Shown here: in pieces, positions 20,100 to 27,699 of the stretch
How positions within the stretch are numbered: the stretch's first letter is position 1
Layout of the letters: each line of letters starts with the position of its first letter
Assembly: GCA_963547725.1 (NCBI GenBank)
Contig: CAUUSE010000001.1
Location: 1 to 57,325, forward strand
DNA: 57,325 nt
Reading direction: 5' to 3'
DNA from: an uncultured Candidatus Saccharibacteria bacterium
Lineage (GTDB): Bacteria > Patescibacteriota > Saccharimonadia > Saccharimonadales > Saccharimonadaceae
Program-made: the position numbers and the translations under genes
Notes under the pieces: model-generated
The model's database searches: none
What the model was told of the DNA's origin: nothing
Seen by the model: only the letters and a program-made list of their open reading frames with translations

Positions 20100-20633
20100 A
20101 TGTTTAAGGCTTGGCAAAAGGAAACGATTGAAGTTAAGTCACTCGCCCAGCCTTATTTGGTTAAGCGGGGTGTTGATTATTTTGAATATCAATTGCCAAT
20201 TTCTGTTAAGGCCGTCATCTCCCTTAATGGTCAGATTCCACTCTTGCGAAATGAGCGTGACGAATAGGAGCTGCCGGGAGGAAAATTAGATCTCGGGGAA
20301 AGTCCAACAGCGTGCGTGCAACGTGAAGTTCATGAAGAACTGAACATTGATATATCAGTTGGGATGAATGTTCACAATTGGGTGTACACAATTTTTCCGT
20401 ATCGTCACGTTTTTGTGGTTACATATTTTGCGAAAGCGGTCGAGGGTGCAACGCCGCACTTTAGTCATGAACATAAAGAGTTGGTGCTTGTTTCTCCGGA
20501 TGAGGTCAATAAGCTCAACATGCCTGAGGGGTATAAGGTTGCCATTCGTCGGGCTTTGGAGCTTGGTTTGTTCAAGCAAAAATACTATCTGCACTCCAGC
20601 GCGCATGAGGTACGTAGCGGTCTGTGTGAATGA
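20100..20633 (+). pseudogene. NUDIX hydrolase interrupted by one in-frame TAG
   Basis: ATG 20100 ...LLRNERDE*ELPGGKLDLGESPTACVQREVHEEL...; TAG at 20265-20267 where Trp (TGG) is expected. Confidence 0.85.
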
Positions 20634-21195
20634 GCTTGTCGAGGCGATCTCGCTCTTCGAGAACGAAAGTGCAGACTTTTAGCAAATCTTGATACTTTTC
20701 TTCTAGTAGATCATACTCACTTTTTGATATTTTCTTGGTGGTGCGCTCTTCGTAGGCCAAAGTCATCGCCTTGATGTTTCCAAGCTGCTCGATTAAATGA
20801 AAATACAAATCACTCCAAGCATCTCTTCGCTCCTCCATCTCTTCGCGAGTTGTTTCCGATTGCTTTAGCCCTGGAAGCAATTCCGCCGGAAAAGGGTAAC
20901 GATAAAGCGAGTCATCAAGGTTGATGTACGGGTACTGAATATTCTCTTCTGACGAATCTGAATATTGCCCAGTCGCATTATCAGCTGAATGCTTAACCCT
21001 CCCGAGCAGAGCGCGCTTCACCGCCTCAGGGGAAAGCTCAGGTATTTGCTCACGCTTTTCCTTCTTGCGCCCAAGCAGGCTACCCATTGTCCGTGCCGCC
21101 CATCGTACTAGTCGTAGTGCTTGATTCTGCTGTGCTTCGCACTCTGGCTGTGGTTCTTTTGTTTCTGGTCTTGATCCTTGTTCCATCCCTCTCAT
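20572..21195 (-). CDS. Hypothetical protein
   Basis: ~200-aa charged helical ORF; start uncertain. Confidence 0.55.
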   Translation of the reverse strand: MRGMEQGSRPETKEPQPECEAQQNQALRLVRWAARTMGSLLGRKKEKREQIPELSPEAVKRALLGRVKHSADNATGQYSDSSEENIQYPYINLDDSLYRYPFPAELLPGLKQSETTREEMEERRDAWSDLYFHLIEQLGNIKAMTLAYEERTTKKISKSEYDLLEEKYQDLLKVCTFVLEERDRLDKLIHTDRYVPHARWSADSIFA

Positions 21196-21236
21196 CTTGT
21201 TTACCATTAAACAAAATGGGGGGTAACTTGTCAATG

Positions 21237-21863
21237 TTAGTCAATAATCCCCGGGGCAATCGTCATCACACCAAGTACCACGTGGCTTATCGTTACGCCG
21301 ATGAGGTTTGATGAGCGCTGGTACGCTCGGTACCAGAAAAGGCCGACGATGCTCATAACAACAACGGTGAGCATATCGCCGTAGATGATATGTACATAAC
21401 CAAAAAGAGCGGCTGCTACGCCAAGCTCCAACGACCGGCGTAGCCGTAGTTCTTGTAGTATACGGCTGAGGATGCCGCGAAATAACAGTTCTTGCGCCGG
21501 GCACGAGATGAGAATATAAAACATATAAAATCCTACCCCTTCGGTTGGTGAGAATCGAGGTTTTTCGAGGAGTAGAAACAGCCCAGCTGCGATAACGAGA
21601 ACTATAGTTATCGGCAGCACGGTTTTGAGTGAATAGATGGTACGCTGCCGCGTAATACCGATGTCACCATGCGTATGGCCGAGAATTCGCATCACTATGT
21701 ACATTGCTACTACACCGAAGACGAGTGCCACGAACTTCATATTCCAAGGAATAACACCGATGCAAATGAGAATGGGCAGCGTGAGATACACACAGACAAT
21801 GGTATAGAGATATATCATTTGTCGGTGGTGAATTGTATGGGTGATGTGCTTAGTACCAGGCAT
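21237..21863 (-). CDS. CPBP (CAAX protease/Abi) intramembrane metalloprotease
   Basis: AQELLFRG, LFGYVH, TISH motifs; multiple TM helices. Confidence 0.85.
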   Translation of the reverse strand: MPGTKHITHTIHHRQMIYLYTIVCVYLTLPILICIGVIPWNMKFVALVFGVVAMYIVMRILGHTHGDIGITRQRTIYSLKTVLPITIVLVIAAGLFLLLEKPRFSPTEGVGFYMFYILISCPAQELLFRGILSRILQELRLRRSLELGVAAALFGYVHIIYGDMLTVVVMSIVGLFWYRAYQRSSNLIGVTISHVVLGVMTIAPGIID

Positions 21864-21972
21864 AAGTATGAGAGAGTGTCTTCTATATATTAACTGAAGT
21901 CACTAATTATTGCTGTATTTAATGTGTAAAGTGTGGTAGAATGGAGCGGAGTGAGTAACGAGATTAGCTTCT

Positions 21973-22049
21973 CGGGGTGTGGCGCAGTTGGCTAGCGCGC
22001 GCGGTTTGGGACCGTGAGGTCGAAGGTTCGAGTCCTTTCACCCCGACCA
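21973..22049 (+). tRNA. tRNA-Pro(TGG)
   Basis: Cloverleaf; anticodon arm cgcgg-tttggga-ccgtg; GGTTCGAGTCC; encoded CCA. Confidence 0.95.
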
Positions 22050-22105
22050 CAACACTCATCTTGTTCGAACACACGCCCTCGGAGTTCCGCTCCGGGGGCG
22101 TTTTC
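22043..22105 (+). repeat. Direct repeat copy 1 (last 7 nt of tRNA-Pro plus terminator-like hairpin)
   Basis: ccgaccacaacactcatcttgttcgaacacacgccctcggagttccgctccgggggcgttttc. Confidence 0.9.
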
Positions 22106-22348
22106 GTCGATGTAGCAGGGGTGAGATAAATCGTCTTAATGAAATCCTTAAAGACAGGATTCTTGCTAAAGGAGAGGGCGTGTCGCCCCTTTGTCATCAG
22201 ATTTCTGAGGGGACGAAGTCCAGTGTTCGGAGTGACCAGGGGTGAAGTGAGCGGAGAGAGGGAGCGGGGGTGGGTGAAACGGATCCGGAAACTACCCCCT
22301 TGTTTGCTAGTAACAGCCATGATTTAATAGATATAAGGAGGATATTAC

Positions 22349-22747
22349 ATGGACGAAATATTAGCGAAGATTGATACATTAACGGAACAGATGAATAAAC
22401 AGTTTGAGAGTGTCGACAAACGCTTTGAAGCTATGGACAAGCGCCTGAACGATCTCGAGAAAGGCCAGGCCTCCGTCAGCGAAGACATCAAGGCCATCCG
22501 CGAAGACGTCAAGAACAGCGACGACATCTTCCAGCTGTTTGAGCTGAAGACCGATCATAATTTCAAGAAGGTCATGGCCACCCAGAGTGACCTCAAGGCC
22601 GAACTGGCTTCGCTGCGCACCCGCTTATTCCTCGAGGAAGGCTCTCGCGAGCACGCCGACACAGTTGGCTGGGACACCCAGGACAAGAAATGGCGCGCGC
22701 TAGACAAGCGGCTGCACGCGGTTGAGGCTCACCTGGGGCTTGGGTAG
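22349..22747 (+). CDS. Hypothetical coiled-coil protein
   Basis: RBS AAGGAGG; heptad pattern (QFESVDKRFEAMDKRLNDLE). Confidence 0.7.
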   Translation: MDEILAKIDTLTEQMNKQFESVDKRFEAMDKRLNDLEKGQASVSEDIKAIREDVKNSDDIFQLFELKTDHNFKKVMATQSDLKAELASLRTRLFLEEGSREHADTVGWDTQDKKWRALDKRLHAVEAHLGLG

Positions 22748-22926
22748 GTAGCCTTAGGGACTCTGCGGGGCCTGGTTCATAGGTAGCGTGTCAGCCAGCT
22801 AAATCCCTAGTCAGGGTACGTCTGAGGGTGGCTGTGGGTAAGTCTCAGCATTGAATCCGAAGATCGGTTCCAGCGAGTACCCAAGAAGAGAAAGCACTCA
22901 GCAAGAGAGTATGTGTCCAGTCTTAT

Positions 22927-23569
22927 CTACCGCTTAGTCCACCCGTCCTTTATATCAATGACATGCTTACTAGGAGGCCTTCCTACTCCAAACTCCACTC
23001 GCGCTGCGGGCTCCACATAAACGTCCATACGGACACTGTCGGGCTTGGTTTTCTCATGCACAAGACTCGAAGAGTCACCAACTCTGAAGGTATTTTCATA
23101 CTTAACCGCCCCCCCAAATGATACGGATAGTATGTTGTTTCCCTTCATTTGCTGAAGTTGGAATAATATTGATCCATACTCTACCAGTATACTCTTTATC
23201 ATGCATATAGTAGTGGGGATTTTTTAGTTCATCAACGATCGGTGGTACCGAAGTCTCTGAGGGGACCGAACTAGGAGCATCAGTCGCCCTGTCTAACGAA
23301 GTTGTTGTTTCGGTTTCGGTGGGCTGTAAAGTTGTTGCCGAGGGCTCAACGGTCGCCGGAGAGCTAGTTGGCGTTCCGCCCCCTTCTTTACCGGGAGATA
23401 ACGGCGAAGGAACTGCGACGGGTCCCTGACATTTATCAGGTTTATCCAATCCGAGAAAACATCGACCCTCTGGCACGACAAAGGTTGCGAGTATGCCAAT
23501 AACGGTTACAACTACGCTTAGCACAGCGGCCACTGTGCTAATTTTCATATGCCGCGCATTATCCATCAT
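22927..23569 (-). pseudogene. Membrane-anchored protein split by a frameshift at a G7 run
   Basis: ORFs 23102-23569 and 22927-23202 join if one base is removed from C7 at 23109-23115 (+ strand): ...IRIIWGAVKYENTF... Confidence 0.65.
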
Positions 23570-23721
23570 TTACCACCTTTTTGTATAGACTTTTCGCAAA
23601 AATAGTGTATAATAACAGTCAGGAACATCTTCTCGCGTCGGGCTACTGGCTGCTTACAGATCAGGCCATCAGTAGCCCGACACAAGAGTGTCGAGTATCG
23701 CACCAGAGATTGGGGCTACTC

Positions 23722-23892
23722 ATGTTCCTCCGCGTAATCTACTTCTTTTCTCTTCTCGCACTCCTGGTTGGAGTCTACGTCGGACTCCTCCTGTCGGATT
23801 TTGGCCGCGGGGAGTGCATTGCCATCGGCTGTCTCGGTTTCATGATTTTTTTGACAGGCAGCTGGGTAATCATCTTTGGAGATAGGAAGTGA
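23722..23892 (+). CDS. Small 2-TM hydrophobic peptide (56 aa)
   Basis: MFLRVIYFFSLLALLVGVYVGLLL...WVIIFGDRK; own promoter (TAGACT..TATAAT 23586-23613) and downstream hairpin. Confidence 0.6.
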   Translation: MFLRVIYFFSLLALLVGVYVGLLLSDFGRGECIAIGCLGFMIFLTGSWVIIFGDRK

Positions 23893-23898
23893 TTCCTC

Positions 23899-23919
23899 GC
23901 CCCGGACTAAGTCCGGGGC
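23899..23919 (+). terminator. Hairpin terminator after small peptide gene
   Basis: gccccggac-taa-gtccggggc. Confidence 0.65.
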
Positions 23920-24097
23920 TTATTCACAAGCAGCACGTCGACCGATGAAGACTTTGATTAAAGCACGCTCGAGAATAACTATACATAATCCCAACTAGTT
24001 TCCTACCTCCTCCTTGAGATGTCAGCCAGCAACAAAACCTGCTACATCTTCCGTCACGTGTCCGCCGTAAGTTTGACGTCACTCCGATAAATATACC

Positions 24098-24811
24098 TCA
24101 CACCCCAACCCCCATCTTCTGGAAGTTCCGCCTGAGTGCGGTGCGCGAGACGCCCAGCTGCTCCGACACCTGACGCATCGACAGGCCACGCTTGTGCAAG
24201 TGCATGGCTTGGGTGATGACCGCGGTCGGCGGCGACTTGGTACGAATCTGCACCCCTTGCTCACGCAGCAGTTTGAGCATGCCGTTCTTCGACACACCAT
24301 GCTCAGCACCAAGCTCCGCTGCCGTCGCCCCCGTCTGGTAGCGCTCCACAACCTGGGCAATGGCCTCAGGCGAGAGACGGCGCCGCACCCGACGGGAATC
24401 CGAGGCACCGTCCCGCCGCCCAGACTTGACGCAGCAACGGTATTCATCCATGCCAGCTATTACTGGGTCGGGCGTCACAGCAACATCATTCGGTACGCGC
24501 ACAGCATCACGCTCCGCCTCATGGGGCGCCAGCTGAGCCACCTCCTCGATCATCAGGGCAGCGTTAGCCGATGCGTTCGTCGGCAGCTGTTCCGCTACCT
24601 CGATCATCGCTGCGACACCAGCTGGTGCGTCCGTTGGCAGCGACCCCATCACCCCAGCCAACCGCTGCAGCTCTTGCAGGGTCGGCTGGATGAGGAACGA
24701 GGACTCATTCAAGGGGTAGGGGACGTAGCCGACCACACTCATCTTGTTCGAACACGCGCCCTCGGAGCTCCGCTCCGGGGGCGTTTTCAGTCTGTTGTGG
24801 TTATAATACAC
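24098..24811 (-). CDS. Tandem helix-turn-helix protein (start uncertain)
   Basis: RRLSPEAIAQVVERYQTGATAAELGAEHGVS and GLSMRQVSEQLGVSRTALRR; GC-rich. Confidence 0.7.
   Translation of the reverse strand: MYYNHNRLKTPPERSSEGACSNKMSVVGYVPYPLNESSFLIQPTLQELQRLAGVMGSLPTDAPAGVAAMIEVAEQLPTNASANAALMIEEVAQLAPHEAERDAVRVPNDVAVTPDPVIAGMDEYRCCVKSGRRDGASDSRRVRRRLSPEAIAQVVERYQTGATAAELGAEHGVSKNGMLKLLREQGVQIRTKSPPTAVITQAMHLHKRGLSMRQVSEQLGVSRTALRRNFQKMGVGV
24729..24788 (+). repeat. Direct repeat copy 2
   Basis: ccgaccacactcatcttgttcgaacacgcgccctcggagctccgctccgggggcgttttc; 3-nt indel and 2 substitutions versus copy 1. Confidence 0.9.
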
Positions 24812-24889
24812 GCCCGTTCCTGTAATCTTACGCTACTAACCAGCTTCTGGTATAATCAAAACAGTGACTATAATGGAAGGAGCGTAAGA

Positions 24890-25280
24890 ATGAGTGGAGG
24901 TCATGAGCAGATTTCTAAAAACCCCAATTTTAAGTGACTTGTCCCGATGGATGAATCACGCGCTGAACTCACTGAATTAGGCACCTCTGAAGAAGAGCAA
25001 GATAAGCGGCTGGGCCGTGAGGCAGCAGAGAAAGTTTTAGGCAAGGTTGCAGTTGGGGGGTCAAAAAATACCGTATGTAAACACAGAGAGCGCCAAGTGG
25101 CTGTTCGAGAAATATTACAGACTAACGGATGGAAGTATGTGTTGGTCAGATCTTATAGGCGTAATGACTAAGCCTCCCTACAGCTTTTTTGAAGGAGAAG
25201 CTGTTATGGCACTCCTTGATGACCCTAAGGGTTTTAAGGTTGATTATTTTAATAACACCGTCTCCATTAGCGACCGCTAG
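24890..25280 (+). pseudogene. Fragmented hypothetical gene
   Basis: RBS AAGGAG and ATG 24890; in-frame TGA 24935-24937; continues as 24947-25171; apparent frameshift near G6/A6 (25055-25068) into 25047-25280. Confidence 0.5.
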
Positions 25281-25292
25281 GCCGCACTGAGC

Positions 25293-26012
25293 TTACCTCC
25301 CTCGCTCCATCGCCACTCGCTGTGCATGTTCTGCGGTGCGGTCGATGGGTAGCGTGCTGAGCTTATCGGTATAGCCTTTTCGTGTGAGTGCCGTGGTGAT
25401 CAAAAAATCAGCGAGTCGTGGATTCTTTGGCAAGATTGGCCCGTGCAGGTACGTTGCCACGACATTGTGCAGCCTCGCGCCCTCAACTTGGCCAGTCTCA
25501 TCATTGCCAGCGCCTCGCACCACGCGCCCCAGCGGTGACACCCCTTCATCAAGCAGCGTCTGGCCGCTGTGATTTTCATAGCCAACGATCTGCCCGAACT
25601 CCTCGCTCTCGAGTGTGATGTTGCCGATCAGTCGTTCTGCCTTGGCGTATGTCTCTAGCGGTAAAATCCCCGCACCGCGAATCACGCGTCCATCATGTGT
25701 GGTGAACGCTCGGCCAAACAATTGATACATACCACAGATCATCAACATCGGCACGCCGCCCTCTGCTAAGTGCCGTAGCTCATCCGCTCGCGCCAGCAAG
25801 TCGTCCTGGATAATTTCTTGCCCGGCATCCTGACCGCCGCCGCCGATGAACATATCTCCCGCCGCAAAGTCAGTCGTATCGCCCGGATTATGATCGATAA
25901 TACGCACCGTAAAGCCGCGCCATTCCAGCCGCTTCTTCAGCGCCAGTGTATTGCCCCAGTCGCCGTATAGGTTCATATCGCGCGGATACAATTGAATAAT
26001 TGTGATCGTCAT
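25293..26012 (-). CDS. gatD: Lipid II isoglutaminyl synthase glutaminase subunit
   Basis: LYPRDMNLYGDWGN, GGGQD, ICGMYQLFG, GYENHSG, TYLHGPILPKNP. Confidence 0.93.
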   Translation of the reverse strand: MTITIIQLYPRDMNLYGDWGNTLALKKRLEWRGFTVRIIDHNPGDTTDFAAGDMFIGGGGQDAGQEIIQDDLLARADELRHLAEGGVPMLMICGMYQLFGRAFTTHDGRVIRGAGILPLETYAKAERLIGNITLESEEFGQIVGYENHSGQTLLDEGVSPLGRVVRGAGNDETGQVEGARLHNVVATYLHGPILPKNPRLADFLITTALTRKGYTDKLSTLPIDRTAEHAQRVAMERGR

Positions 26013-27274
26013 CGGATGGCCTCCACATCGGTTTTGATTGATAATAATTTGCGCAGCCGCATCATCGCTGTGTAAGTACAGTAAATGTGCTTTGGTTTGT
26101 GTGGATGATGGGCCAGCAATTTCTCCAGCGCTGCCGCCAAATCCGGCTCGATGATTTCTGGTGTGATGTCGTCATACTCTAGCCGCAGTGCCATATCATG
26201 AGCGCGCACACCACTGACCACCGCCACCTGCTCGAGGCGCGAAACGTTCACGTCCCACAGCCAACTAACGTCGCGCCCGTCGGCATAGTTGTCGTTGATA
26301 GCAATCATCGTATCGGCTGTCCCGTCGGCAAATGACAGCAGGCTGAGCCGAAAGCCGCTCGGATTTTTCACGAGAATCAGTTCAATCGGCGTGCCGTCAA
26401 TCACGATGGTCTCGCCTCGGCCAAATGCTGGCGCTACGTCTGACAGGGCGCCCAGTAGCGTCGTCAGCTCGGCTTTCTCCCCCATAATTTGCCGCACCAA
26501 ACTCAGCGCCGCCGCCGCATTGAGCAAGTTATACACGCCATTCAGTCGCATCGGCACCGCGTGCTTGGCCCCATCAATCTGAAAGGTTGCCGTTTGCTTA
26601 TCAATGTCAGCGAGCAGCACGTCAGCTGGGGCTGCCTGGTTGGCCTGAGCCTGGCCGGTCTTGAGCGCATCATCAGTTGGCATCAGCTCCAGCAGCTGGT
26701 CGGTCGTACCAAAAAACGCTACGTCTGCCGCCGTTTTTTGGTGCAGGCGATAGATGCGTGGGTCGTCGCGATTGAGCACCACGGTATCAGTGGTTGCCTG
26801 GGCGATTTTTGCCAAGAAACCAGCCGCCGTGTCGATCTCGCCAAACCGATCCAGCTGATCGCGCATGACATTGAGCAGTAGACTGTAGCGCGGCGGTACC
26901 AATTGAACAAACTTGACTGCCCAGGCCTCGTCAAGCTCCAGCACCGCGATGTCGGCATCTAGCCGCCCGCGCATGTCTACCTCGCCGAGCAGCGCCGCCG
27001 CCACGCCACGCGAGAAATTACTGCCCGTGCGATTGGTAAAAACCTTGAGGCCGGCCGCCTCGAGCAGTTCAACAACGATTTTAGTAGTAGTGGTCTTACC
27101 ATTCGTGCCGCTGATAACCACCACGCCGTGCGGTATTTGCGCCAGAGTGCGAGTGATAAAACCCGGGTCGATCTTTTCGATAACTAACCCCGGGAGTGCC
27201 GAGCCGCCACCGCGTAGGCGAGCAGCTTGTTTGACGGTTTTGCCGATGAGTGTGCTGAGAATCTGTCGTGACAT
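26009..27274 (-). CDS. murT: Lipid II isoglutaminyl synthase Mur-ligase subunit
   Basis: GGGSALPG, SGTNGKTTT, RDQLDRFGE, LVKNPSG, DGRDVSWLWD, TYTAM. Confidence 0.93.
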   Translation of the reverse strand: MSRQILSTLIGKTVKQAARLRGGGSALPGLVIEKIDPGFITRTLAQIPHGVVVISGTNGKTTTTKIVVELLEAAGLKVFTNRTGSNFSRGVAAALLGEVDMRGRLDADIAVLELDEAWAVKFVQLVPPRYSLLLNVMRDQLDRFGEIDTAAGFLAKIAQATTDTVVLNRDDPRIYRLHQKTAADVAFFGTTDQLLELMPTDDALKTGQAQANQAAPADVLLADIDKQTATFQIDGAKHAVPMRLNGVYNLLNAAAALSLVRQIMGEKAELTTLLGALSDVAPAFGRGETIVIDGTPIELILVKNPSGFRLSLLSFADGTADTMIAINDNYADGRDVSWLWDVNVSRLEQVAVVSGVRAHDMALRLEYDDITPEIIEPDLAAALEKLLAHHPHKPKHIYCTYTAMMRLRKLLSIKTDVEAIR

Positions 27275-27318
27275 ATTTCGTATTATACCGCGCCCAAGCA
27301 GTGTGCTACAATAGAACT

Positions 27319-27699
27319 ATGTTTTTGGTGGGTATTTTCCAGTGGTGGTATGGTGCAGGCTGGCGGCGGCATATGCAGCGCGTTGGTCTCGGCGTGCTGC
27401 GGACGGCCGATTTTTTCTCAATCGGTCTGTTGGTGCGGACGCTGTTCGATCCATTTCGCCAAATTTCTGCAGGGCAAATTCGTGCTCAGGCGCCGCTCAC
27501 CGTGAAAATGCAGGCCTTTTTTGACCGACTGTTCTCGCGAGCAGTTGGTGCAGTGGTGCGGCTTCTGGTACTGTTTGCGGGGCTGGTGGTTATTAGCCTG
27601 CGGGTAGTGTGGGCGGTCGGTAGTATCGTGGTGTGGGCGCTGTTACCCGTAACGCCGGTGATAGGAATTATCTTGTGGCAGATGAGGGTTTTGGCATGA
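27319..27699 (+). CDS. Conserved membrane protein coupled to the Clp-type ATPase
   Basis: WWYG, DFFSIGLLVRTLFDPFRQ, DRLFSRAVGAVVR; ATGA overlap with next gene. Confidence 0.7.
   Translation: MFLVGIFQWWYGAGWRRHMQRVGLGVLRTADFFSIGLLVRTLFDPFRQISAGQIRAQAPLTVKMQAFFDRLFSRAVGAVVRLLVLFAGLVVISLRVVWAVGSIVVWALLPVTPVIGIILWQMRVLA

Larger units (their letters stand above)
22043..24788. mobile_element. Degenerate island at the tRNA-Pro 3' end, bounded by ~60-bp direct repeats
   Basis: Repeat copies at 22043-22105 and 24729-24788; cargo compositionally atypical; no integrase visible. Confidence 0.7.

Noticed and set aside
20265..20267. TAG recoding or pyrrolysine
   Set aside because: Single case at a Trp codon; TAG ends many normal genes; no pyl genes seen
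22058..22074. GTTCGAAC in the direct repeats as an actinobacterial LexA box
   Set aside because: Does not form the full TCGAAC-N4-GTTCGA site
21964..22320. 118-aa minus-strand ORF
   Set aside because: Runs antisense through tRNA-Pro; at most a remnant, not a supportable gene
24935..24937. In-frame TGA as a sign of genetic code 25 (UGA=Gly)
   Set aside because: Conserved genes here end in TGA with ATGA overlaps (e.g. pilN, rny), and none needs TGA readthrough
24194..24937. 247-aa plus-strand ORF
   Set aside because: Antisense shadow of the GC-rich HTH gene; no motifs
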